Source: Raja brachyura (Eukaryota). From it: DNA of 64,000 nucleotides. Shown piece after piece: positions 27,035 through 38,113 of the stretch. The stretch covers positions 14,074,001-14,138,000 of the forward strand of contig OY740797.1 in NCBI GenBank assembly GCA_963514005.1, read 5' to 3'. The notes beneath the pieces are model-generated. The model was given only the letters and a program-made list of their open reading frames with translations. It did not search any database and was not told where the DNA came from. A program made the position numbers and the translations under genes. The number at the start of each line of letters is the position of its first letter. Positions within the stretch are counted from its first letter, which is position 1.

Positions 27035-28079
27035 AAAACAGTCTATCTAAGAAGTGGAGCAGGTATTTTTCTAGGAAAATGCAGTGAGTGGAGGATAGTT
27101 AAAAATAAATTATCTGAGGAGGAATCATATTTTAACCAGCATAGACCAAATAGCCGAAATATATTTGCTACTTCACCCTCTCCATGAACTCCCAGGCTGA
27201 GCGATATCTGAGTGATATATATATGGGATTATTAGGATAGGATGCTGACAAGTGGTTGAACTCATGGGAAAAGTCATGGAAGGCCGAATAATAAAACTGG
27301 AAGCTTAAGGAATAGGAATAAGGAACACATCGTTGCCCATTACATAAAAGCCTTCCAAGTTCATGATCAAGTTCAACAAATTGTGATAGTGATAAACTTT
27401 TCTCATTTACACTTACTCTAGACCATGCCTTTTCATTACGTCTCCTGTTTCCATCTTTCTTTGCCTGGCACCATCATCAGTTTTGTAATTTAATTACGTC
27501 CTTCATCTAACCTATCACAGAGCTGTCTTTTTGATGTTTTTCCCCCCCATTTTATCTGCTTTTCTGGTATTATTTTGTATGTTTTCTTGTTCTGATAAAA
27601 GCCCATTGACATGAAATGTTGTCTCCAATTCTCTATAGATTCTACCCAGCTTGCTGAATATTTCCAGCATTTTGTTTATTCCCTACTCTTTGGCAAAATC
27701 TATATGTGAACTGATCTAGACTTGCAATTTCAGAGGGCCAATCAACAAACCTTGTGCCTTCTTAAGACCGCAATAAGAATCATGCCTGCATTTCACTAAT
27801 CCTAAACTAATCTCACTTTATTGTCTTCATATTTCCCTCAAATCCTTACCTATTCTATCGCTAACCTACACACAGTTTCAAATGGCCAACTAGTCTACCA
27901 ACCTGCACATCCTTTGGGTTGCACGAGGAAAGTGGTACACCTGTAGGAGATCTATGCAATTGTGAAAAAGAACAAGCAAACTCTACACAGAAAGCACCCA
28001 AGGACAGGACGGTACCTAGTGATTGAAAATGCAAAACAGCAGCTTTACCACTGCACCATTCCAAGTCTAAATTCCTTAC

Positions 28080-28235
28080 CTCAATGCCTTCTTTGTTGAT
28101 CGCATATTCATCAAAGTTGAGAATGGCATTTTTGATAATATGTACTGGAGGTAACACCGTAAGACCAATGTTAATCGCATTACTTCTCTTTGGATCCAGT
28201 ATGATTAATCCTTGCTTTTTGGCATCTCCTCCTTT
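28080..28235 (-). CDS. FHOD1: FHOD1 FH2 exon ([35 protein letters not shown]...KEGIE)
   Basis: Acceptor cttctag|AAA, donor GAG|gtaagg, 156 nt. [15 protein letters not shown]2 motif. Confidence 0.95.
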
Positions 28236-31200
28236 CTAGAAGTTAAGATATTACAATGTGTTATGTCAACTTGTACATTAAAAATATCTTTAAGTGCAAT
28301 AGTTGTTGTACCATCAAGCTGTCAGCAACGCCCACCCCATGTCTTCATCCATGCTGCACTGCATCCCAATCACCTGACCTCCTTGCAGATTTGGCTGCAA
28401 AACCAATCTATAGTTCATCCTTACATTAATTATCAATATCTGTTCAAATGAAACTCTTATCAACTGCTTTGCAGAGAGGAAGTTGGTAAATGCTTTCCAC
28501 CCCAATTTCCGGCACATCAGCTTCCCCAGATCAGATTTTTGTGGAAGAACGGGATTACAGAAAAACTCATGGAGCAGCAGAAGAAATTGTTCCTGTGTGG
28601 CCAGCTAGGCCCTGTGGTAGCATATTGCCTGTGTGATGCAGCAAAGTATATTGCCTTAGTAATCAAATATTCAATTGTTATAATAATGTATTTTTATCAT
28701 GTATTATGAAAATGTCATCCTTTTCCCACGTAACAGTTCATTTTAGTTTTTAACCCCGTTAATATATGGGAATCACAAATTAGTCAGAACAATCAACATG
28801 AGCTTACAGTACCAGACATCCAGGTTCAATCCTGACTACGGATACTGTCTGTACAGAGTTTATACATACTCCTCGTGACCGCGTTGGTTAGCATGCAACA
28901 AAAGCCTTTCACTGTATCCCGATACACGTGACAATAAACTAAACAGAACTGAGAAGTTGAATAAATGTTACATTTATTGGTTTCTTGAAAATCTTAAGCA
29001 TTTGTGTTATGCACCATGCCTTATATTACAACATGACTACTCGTTTAGGATGTAGTTATGGAAAATCATGAGGTCATGACTAATGGCAGAGAAGCGCAAG
29101 TTTTTCTTTCAGGCCAAGATTCAGAAAAGGCGCTGATCTTTGCAAGTGCACTTCCACAGAGTACGTACGTTACGAGTGGAAAATAAGTTAATCCTTTTGC
29201 ACGGCAACAATTCAGATGAATAAAGCCATTTTCCAACCTCTATGTTTAACGTCATGAGTTTTCAAAGCCGAATGAAGAATCCCTCCATTGAGGGATATTG
29301 TAAAATAAGAACAAGCCTTTCCTTTTCATGCTTATTCAGAAAATGAAATACTTGTGCACATGATTATTTGAAGTTGACAGCTCTACATGTTTATCTAATG
29401 AGTGGGGTTTAACCCAGCCAGATGCTGCAGTGAATCACGGTTCGGTGCAGAACTAGTTACAGCCATTATTACCGCCTCCAAGCCTTAGGACAATTGTGGC
29501 ATCCTGTTGTATGTGCATGTGAGTGGATACTGGATGACCTCAGAAACAGGCTCTGCTGTAAGGCTTTTGTGGTCAAAATGCTTGTTGACGCTCACCATCA
29601 AATCTGGGATGTAGAATGACTATTGTGCAAGAAACTTCATACTGATCGTCTGGTCAGTTCCCGAGAAAATAAAATTGGATTGACTTTAAAGCATCTTTCA
29701 TGATGTCAAGATATTACAAGCTGCATTTATACCAAATGAAATATAGCTGGCATCCAAGGAGCATAAAGACCCATCCTAAGCTAATAAACTCAGTAATCAA
29801 AATATTCATACCCTTTCAGTCTGTGTTTGAAGTTTCAACTAAACCTTTAATTGATGTTCAATCACTTTATCCCAGCAATGTTCTCATGGTAGACAACAAC
29901 AATCATAAGAGAACATCTTAACCTAATCGTCTACAACCTGTGCTCACACTGATTTCTTAACTCATTTACTCTTCAAGTAATAGATTGTAAAACAGACCAC
30001 TAGTAAACCACAGTAACTTTTTTTAAAAACAATTTACAAGCCAGCATGGTTCTCATTGGTGCTTAAACAGAACATCGGTTCTTCTGCAAGTTCCTCCCAT
30101 CTACTTGATTATTTATTACTCCAAGACAGATATTTTTATTCTTTCAAATATTAAAAAATTCATCCATTAACAAATGTAAAACCTAGGAGTAATTATTATG
30201 ACATTTTATTGCTTCCTTAAGCATATTTGGGGCCAGAAATCTTGGAGTTTTAATTTCCCCAAAGACCAAAATCATCACTATCAGAAGGATCTATGTTCCA
30301 GGCCGTGGCTTTAAAAAGGTTTTCATTATTTTAGTAGGAAATGATTCAGAGAGTGAGGAATTAGTTTAAGTGCAGAAACCAGAGAGTTCATGCGAGCTTA
30401 CAACCAATCCTCTTTAATTTTGCCGATGAGTTCACAAGGAATTTGCTTTGGGTAATACTCATCAGGAATTCCAGCTGCATCTCGCGTCACTGCAGAAGAT
30501 GGATATGTATTTTAACATTAGTCAGCAGTGTGCCCAATTATATTTATTCATTTGCAATCTCTGCCAGGGCACCGGGAGCAATAATCTGTGGTTAACCCAA
30601 GACGAGCCCTTTGTAAAAAAGTTCTTAATGTTGACCACTCTAACAGGATGCATTGAAGCCACTGATCGGCAGCAAGGAAATCATCCACATTTACAACACG
30701 CCTCTCCCAACCTCCACAGTCAATCTTACTGAATAAGCTGGCCTTGTTGAAACTTTATAATTGTGGTATATTACACTGGTAACGGAGTATGTTTTGGGAG
30801 CATCCTACATAGATTTGTAATTCCATACAATGACATGAATATTTACATACTGTATTGACAGAATAATTTATTTGCATCACACTCTATGAACCTGTGAAAC
30901 CTTAACGTTGGAATAAGGTAGAAACAAACAAAATCGCAAACAAGCAAGTGTAAAGTATGGAGAAATTAGAAAAACAGTTTCTTGTGGATGGGTGCTTGAC
31001 AGTTGGTACAGGAAAAGTGGGCTTGGATGCCTATTTCTATGCTATGGGACTCCATGAGCCTTGGATAAAATAAAAGGAACAGATTCCGGGGCAATGGGAT
31101 ATAACAGCATAAAAAGTAGTCTACTAAGAAGGCCAGATAACCAAACAAATACGATCGCCTCGGTCTATCAATTTTATTAGATGAGGTTCAATAAAAGGGG

Positions 31201-31404
31201 AGGAAAGGAGAAAATGGAAAAAAATATACAGTAATAATTGTGTATCTCTTTTTAAAAAGTATATTTATTTCTGTTTGTATCAAAAGAAGCTCACTGTTAC
31301 TGGTGGCACCAAAGGCCATGGAATTGCCCATTGACTCATTGACATTTGCTCTTAACTAGGTTAGTTCCTGCATATTTAAGTGCAACGAAATGTTTGCCTG
31401 CCAT

Positions 31405-32285
31405 GATAGCACACTGTTTGGCCACTGAGTAGCACACGAATGATCATTTCAGATTCAGGACCAGGGTGAGATGGGGGGAGTGGGTGACACATGATGACCA
31501 GTAGTTGTGGAGCTGATGAAGGCTGGGGGAGGGAATGACTAGCTAGGCACTGGTGCTTTGAGAAGGCAACACCGAGAGACTAGTTGGTCAGATCTATGAA
31601 CGTGCTGGGGCTTGTGTCATTCAGGGTGTGAAGGTCAGTGTCAGGGAAGTACCATGTGACTTGCCTAAGTCAGTCCACTGGGATACCCAAATAATGTTTC
31701 CAGAATGTTGCAATTTTTGGATGCTTAATGATTGAAAACAGCAGACAGAAACAACAGGCAGGGATGATGTGGGGAGGGGGAGGTGGGGGGGGGGGGGGGG
31801 ATTTGGACTAATAAGGAAGAGATGAGAGTGAAAGTGATAGAAGAGTTCTTTAGTTTTCTTTTAAATCTTGAACAAGAATTTACACCTGAAGGAAAGAATA
31901 CGGACTCAAACATTCCAGAGTAATTTGCATTGCTCCATGTTCCAGGACTGGAAGCTGCAACTTTAGGTGCACATGACTTGGGTATTCCAGGGACCGGACT
32001 TGGTCAGGTCACATTGGTCACTTCTCAGACACTGATCTCCACACCTTGAATGACACAAGCCCCAGCGTTTTGATAGATCTGACCTACTAATCTCTCTGTG
32101 CTGCACCAGTGCCGAGCTAGTCATTCCCTCTCCACTATTATTCAGCTCCTCAACTACTGGTGGTCTTGTGTCACCCACCTTCTCCACCCTCCCCCCCCCC
32201 CCCCTCAAGTATTCCCCTACCTCACCTTGGTTCGGAGTCTGAAATGATCATTGGTGTACGACTAAGTGACCAAAGAGTGTGTAAC
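31405..32285. repeat. Long imperfect inverted repeat (arms ~31405-31715 and ~31950-32285)
   Basis: Matching blocks: tgatcatttcagattc / gagtctgaaatgatca; gagggaatgactagct / agctagtcattccctc; gctggggcttgtgtcattca / tgaatgacacaagccccagc. Confidence 0.85.
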
Positions 32286-34174
32286 TGTCTCAACTTTGTC
32301 TCTGCTATCCAAGCAAGATCACAATGTCCGCTCCTAGCCAGTGTGCTCACTGGCCACGTCAGCTGGCCCAGCTTCAGACTTGCCAACAGTTGTCCCGGAA
32401 TCCTCAGGAGCATCCCCAATTCCTTGTGAGATGTAGTCAGTGGGACTATCCAGCTGAGTGCTATGGAGAAGGAGAGAGTACCCTGGTAATAGGAGTTGAA
32501 CCCCCTTACTCTGCAGGACCTGGGACCAGAGCTTCATGGACCACAATGTTTTCCGAGTATAGATCCAGGGCTGTATCCAACCCTAGACACAGATACACTG
32601 TCATGGGTGCAAGAATGTCACAGTCGGATCGAATACAGGTGGGCAGAGACCTGGTGTGTCACTGCGTAATGGGGATACAGTACCAGTAGCTACATATCTC
32701 TTGAGCATGTGAATCTGAGGGATTCCCAGAAAAGGCCGGTGCTGCAAAGGAATGTGGATATGAAGAGCGACATGGAGCAGATGTGCTCTAAGGGAGTAAA
32801 AGAGGGCCACGTCAGCTGGGCCAGCTGACGTGGCCCTCACAAGAGTAAAGTGTGAAACTTGAAAAAGTAAATCTGTATGTATTTTTCGGAATGAGCTAGA
32901 GGCTGAGAGTTTGCCTCTGAATTTGAAGCTCCACAGAGATCTTGTGACTGTCGGCTTTTGATTGCTTATTTGAATGACCCAGAGAAAAGGCCAAGTGCTT
33001 TTAACAAAAGCAGAGACATTTTGAAATGCGCCAAATACGTCCCAGCATGCCGTAGCCATACCCGACCACTGCGGAACCGGGAACCCGGCCAGTGAGGGAA
33101 GCTGCCGAGCCCGGCCCCTGCTCACCCCGTGGACCGGAGTGGAGAGAGTCAAGTCGGACGAGGATCGGTAAGCAGACTGGCTGCTGGAGGCAGCGCAGTG
33201 ACTCGATGGTGGGGTGGGCCCCTGCAACAGCCTGGACCTGAATGGACCGTGGGCCAGATGTGGTCTGCAGCGGCACAGAGTGGTGGAACAGCGGCGGAGG
33301 TCCCCAACAGCCACGCTTGGCCAGGCCAGGCCGGCACTACAACGTTGTCCTCACCAGCAGAACAGGCCTTCATGGTCGTGTTAACAACTCTACACATATA
33401 ACAACTGGGACTTGAAAATTGTGCCAATTCTGGTGACTCTGTATACTGTCTCAATGTACTACTACAATGCACATGTACTGTATCTGAGATGCTTATCCAG
33501 ACTGGGTATATGCACTTATGTATAGTGATACTTGTACAGATTCCAAGGGGGTCCATTATCGCTCAGAGAGTGAGGAGTACCAGGAGTGCACTGCCATGGA
33601 GAGTGTTGGCAGCAGCATTGCTAACATGCAAGATGACCTCTTGGATCACCCTGACATAGAAGGCTCCAGGCCAAATGCTGGTATATGGGTACACAAAAGG
33701 CTGGAGAAACTCAGCGGGTGCAGCAGGGGCGAAGGAGATAGGCGACGTTTCGGGTCGAGACTCATCTTCAGACTGGTTAGGGATCAGAGAAACGAGAGAT
33801 ATAGACGGTGATGTGGAGAGATAAAGAACAATGAATGAAAGATACAACGGTGATGTACATGGGATTGATACAGTGTGGACATGATGGGCCGAATGGCCTG
33901 CTTCCATGCTGTATGACTCTATTTCCCATAATCATAATCAATTTTACAATATGAAAAGTTTCAAGTATCTTTCCGAAATCATTGCAGAAAACATTTATCG
34001 CCTACTGACCCTGAGAGGAGTATTCCACTATTTGCACATATAAACCTGCTGCATACAATGACATGTTTTTATTCCATTTGAAACAGAATCAGAAATTAGC
34101 CATTCAATTCCAAATTGAAGCCACAGATTATGAAAATCTTTGGAACGCGGCAGATTCTCTTTTCCTTTATTACT

Positions 34175-34756
34175 GGTATATGGAGTTTAGAAGGATGAGG
34201 GGGGACCTCTTGAAACTTACTGTATACTGAAAGGCCTGGGTAGAGTGATTGTGGAGAGGAGTGAGTTATTGTGGAGAGGATGTTTCCACTAGTAGGAGCG
34301 CCTAGGGCCAGAGGCCATAGAAACATAGAAAATAGGAGGAGGCCATTCAGCCCTTCAAGCCTGCACCGCCATTCATTGTGACCATGGCTGATCATCCCCA
34401 ATCAATAAGCCGTGCCTGCTTTCTCCCCATATCCCTCGACTCCACTAGCCCCTAGAGCTCTATCTAACTCTCTCTTAAATCCGTAGCTTCAGAATAAAAG
34501 TATGTATCTTTAGAAAGGAGATGAGAAGGAATTTCTTTAGTCAGATGGTGGTGAATGTGAAATTTGTTTCCACAGACAGCTGTGGATGCTAGGTCAATGG
34601 ATATTTTCTAAGGTGGAGATTGACAGATTCTTGATTAGTATGGGCGCCATGGGTTATGGGGAGATGGCAAGAGAATGGGGTCGAGGAGGAAAAATAGATC
34701 AGCCATGATTGAATGGTGGAGTGCACTCGATGGGCTGAATGGCCTTCTTTTGCTCC
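34175..34756 (+). mobile_element. CR1 3' fragment with an antisense CR1 3' tail nested at ~34317-34483
   Basis: The plus-strand CR1 consensus is interrupted by a reverse-complement 3'UTR with (CATAGAAA)n tail. Confidence 0.72.
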
Positions 34757-34788
34757 TAGACCATGTGAATATATAATTCAACCCTTAC

Positions 34789-35699
34789 CTTTGTAGGTAG
34801 TTCCTTGGCTTTAGATTCAAACAAGTGTTCCAATTTAGTGGTGTCCACAGTCACTTTATCCAAGGAAGCCCAGACTGTTCCACGGCCAAATTTACAGCTC
34901 CTGAAAGGGCCTTCTGGCTGCTTTAGTTCCTTCCAGAAGAGCTTAACAGTTTTTCTTTTATTTGCAAATGCAGAGACTGCTCCGTGCGGCGATGATAAAT
35001 TAGATGATGGTGGTGGGGGAGGGAGAGGGGGGCTTGGAACTTGTCCAAAAGATGGTGGTGAAGGGGGAGGGGGAGGGGGAGGTGGTGGTGGACACCCGGG
35101 AGGTGGTGGTGGAGGAGGAGGAGGAGGTGGTACATGTGGAACCATCGAACTACTCGATAATGGAGCAGCTTGTTTATTGGCCACACCAGAGTCTGCATCC
35201 AGAACATCTGTGTCCTCCTCATCTCGGAGATCTGTGAAGTCCAAGTCTTTGATCTTCAGCTCTCTGGGACTTGCTTCAAGTTGATCCCACATGTATTCAG
35301 AGTCTTTTTTCAATGGCATAATTATGGGAGACTTCTCCCCATTCTTCTCATTCAGTTCGGCATCAATGCTAAACTGTTCCTTCAATACCTTGGTCTGAGG
35401 TTCAGCAAATTTCTCCACCGTGGCTTTTACATTCCCAGGGATGCTTTCAATTTCAGGTTTCTTTGGGCTTTCCACATTCTGATGGATGTCCTGCCTGGAA
35501 AAGCGTTTGATCAAATTCTCCGCGGATTCCGCCAGAGCCTCCTCTGAGAGTTTTTCCTCGCTGGCAGTAGGGACCTCTTCCTGGGTTACTTGCAGGTTGC
35601 TGGACTCGGATTTTGCATACAACATGTCCAGCATGAATTTTTTGTCATTGGAGAGAGCACTGCACTGATCCAAACTGGACTGACGGATGAGACACGGTC
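34789..35699 (-). CDS. FHOD1: FHOD1 large exon: linker, FH1 polyproline tract and FH2 start (KRKTVKLFWKELK...LEHLFESKAKELPTK)
   Basis: ORF 34756..35709. Acceptor tttggcagcag|GA (tandem NAGNAG, alternative start 35702), donor AAG|gtaagg, 911 nt, phase 1->0. KRKTVKLFW and WASLDxVxVDT are FHOD1-like. Confidence 0.95.
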
Positions 35700-36436
35700 C
35701 TGCTGCCAAACAAAAGAAAGCATTGTAATGGCCCTTTGATGTTCAAAAGCAAGTAAAGAGATTGCACAGCTTTTCAACCTAAGATTCAAACCCAACACAA
35801 ACAAATTCAGGATCACAGTAAAACGATAACATTTGCTTACTTCTGTGGTGGCCAACATTGGAACAAACATCCGAATTTCCACATGCTACCATTTTGAAGT
35901 CAAGGAATAAAAATAATGCTACTCTTCTGAACAGCAAAAGTAAAGTGGAAGTGTTGCTGCAAGTCCCACTGTGGGCTCTGCGTGGAGTGCACAAAGTGAG
36001 GAGAAACTAAACAGAGTGAAACATTTGTTTTGCACCGAGCAAGAACGTGACCATCTGATCTAAACAATTTACATACTTTTTTAACATAAACTTCAAATTA
36101 TAAGTAATTTACATTTCCCTGAGCTAGGGAATAGCAACTAAGTGTTTTGCCTGGCAAATATCCAAGAGCTTTCTTGATCATATCAAAAACCTCTGGTACT
36201 GTTAAAAAGCAATAAGTCTCCTGAACTAATTAAGAAAATAAAGCAATGGTGGGTGTAGTGAAGGGGTGCGAAACCATCACCTGAAGTTAATGATGAGTGA
36301 GTTTTACAGAAGTAGCTTTTTTCACTATTTATGGAGGAATGTCTACCCTCGCAGTTTGCATGACTGTTAATAGCAGATGTTCCTACAGTATGCTCATGGG
36401 GAATGAACGGATACTGAAAGATGCAATCTTTCTTGC

Positions 36437-36580
36437 CTGTCTCGTTATCGCCCGCCTGTCTGTCTTCTCTCTCTTCCCTCTCCAACGTACTGCTGGTGGA
36501 AGAGCTGCTGGAGGCTGAACATGGCTCTCTTTCATTTAACGCTTCATTCTGCTGCTCCTTTTCACTTAGCACCTCAGCTG
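36437..36580 (-). CDS. FHOD1: FHOD1 exon (AEVLSEKEQQNEALNEREPCSASSSSSTSSTLEREEREDRQAGDNET)
   Basis: Acceptor ttctttccag|CAG (NAGNAG), donor ACA G|gcaaga (GC donor), 144 nt, phase 1->1. Similar to the SEKERQNE..SSTLEREE segment I recall from FHOD3. Confidence 0.85.
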
Positions 36581-37506
36581 CTGGAAAGAAGAATGATTTG
36601 GTTTACTGAACCTCTGTTGTAGCTCTGTATATATTTTCAGGATCAGTCATCCTCTCAGTTAACAGTGTGGAAAAAAACCCCTCGGTTGTCATCAACACAT
36701 CGTGATATGTCCCAATATTTCGTTCGCTCAGAAGCAACAACTCAGAATTTATTCATCGAACAGACGACTAAAATAACAGCTGATTACACCAGCATCAATT
36801 CCATAGTTGGTACTGAGTCACACTAATCAACATGTTTCTTAGGAGTGATTATTGGTCTTGGCATTTAGCTAGACGTAACTGTGATAACAGTTTGGGTACA
36901 AGAGTTTACCTTCAGGCAGCCAGAGGAGTACAAGAAAAATAACCAATCTGCAAATGCTGGAAATCTGAAATATTAACAGAAAATGCTGGAAACATTCAGC
37001 AGGTCAGGCAGCATTTGTGAAAACAGTTAATGATTTAGGTCTGAGGCTCTCCATCAGAACTGGGAACGGGAGAAAACAAATAATTTTTGATCAAAACACA
37101 AAGTGCTAGAGGAACTCAACATGACAAGCAGCTCTGTGGAGGGAATGGATAGGCGACGTTTGGGGCTGGGACCCGGGTTGGCAGAAGGGCCACAACAGGA
37201 AACATCATCAATCCATTTTCTCCACAGATGCAGCTTGACCTACTGAGTTCCTCCAGTACTTTGTAGTTTGCTCAAGTATCTGCAAGTCCTTGTTTCACCA
37301 ATTCATTTTTAATAACAGACTAAGTGGGAGAGGGATAGGAAGAAGAAGGGCAGCATTTCCAATTGAGTTGAACAAAGTGAGTTAACGTGGCTGGTAAAGC
37401 ATATTATGTTTCTTTGCCTGTGTTATGTATTGCTAACAGCAAGGCTGTGGGATATGCCCTGCAAGATAGGCCGTACAAAAAATCCTGAGCTTTATCAGAG
37501 AAAGTT

Positions 37507-37815
37507 AGGGCAGCACCGTGGCGCCGAGGTAGAGTTCTGCCTTGCAGCACTGGCAGCACCGGAGACCCGGGTTTGATCATGACTATTGGTGGTGTCTGTA
37601 CTGAGTTTGGACGTTCTCCCCGTGGGTTCTCTCCGAGATCTTCAGTTTCCCCCCACACTCCAAAGGCGTACAGGTTTGTAGGTTAATTGACTTGGTATAA
37701 ATGTAAATTGTCCCTAGATTGTGTAGGATTGTGCTAATGTGCGGAGATCCATGGTCGGTACGGACTCGGTGGGCTGAAGGGCCTGTTTCCGTGCTGTATC
37801 TCTAAACTAAAACTA
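37507..37815 (+). mobile_element. tRNA-derived SINE (HE1-like)
   Basis: A/B-box-like head (ggtagag...ggtttgatc) and CR1-shared tail gggctgaagggcctgtttccgtgctgtatctctaaactaaa. Confidence 0.8.
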
Positions 37816-37884
37816 AGTGGGATGGGGTTTTAGGATAATCCAGTTGTTTGATGCTTGCTGTTATTGAGATCAGCTATTATCCTC

Positions 37885-38113
37885 AAAGCCCTGTCCAACT
37901 GTACGAGTTCATTCAAGTGCTCTCCCGAGTTTAAAAAAAAATCAAACTCATGGTAAGCACGTGGAAGACTCGTGAAGATTTTTCAACATGTTGAAAAATG
38001 TCCACGAGAGCCCCGAGTACTTATGTGCGGCGATTACCGTAAATATCCGTGTTCGAATCAGGGCAAACTCGGGGAGAACTCTTGAATGAACTCGTACAGT
38101 GGGACAGGGCTTT
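37885..38113. mobile_element. Palindromic MITE (PIF/Harbinger-like termini)
   Basis: TIRs aaagccctgtccaactgtacgagttcattcaag / cttgaatgaactcgtacagtgggacagggcttt. Central perfect palindrome atttttcaacatgttgaaaaat (37978-37999). Confidence 0.8.

Noticed and set aside
32601-33314. 237-aa minus-strand ORF
   Set aside because: No recognisable domain; spans a GC-rich repeat-like region and a palindrome, with no exon-phase fit to FHOD1.
34805-35547. Gly-rich and other plus-strand ORFs
   Set aside because: Antisense shadows of the FH1 polyproline exon.
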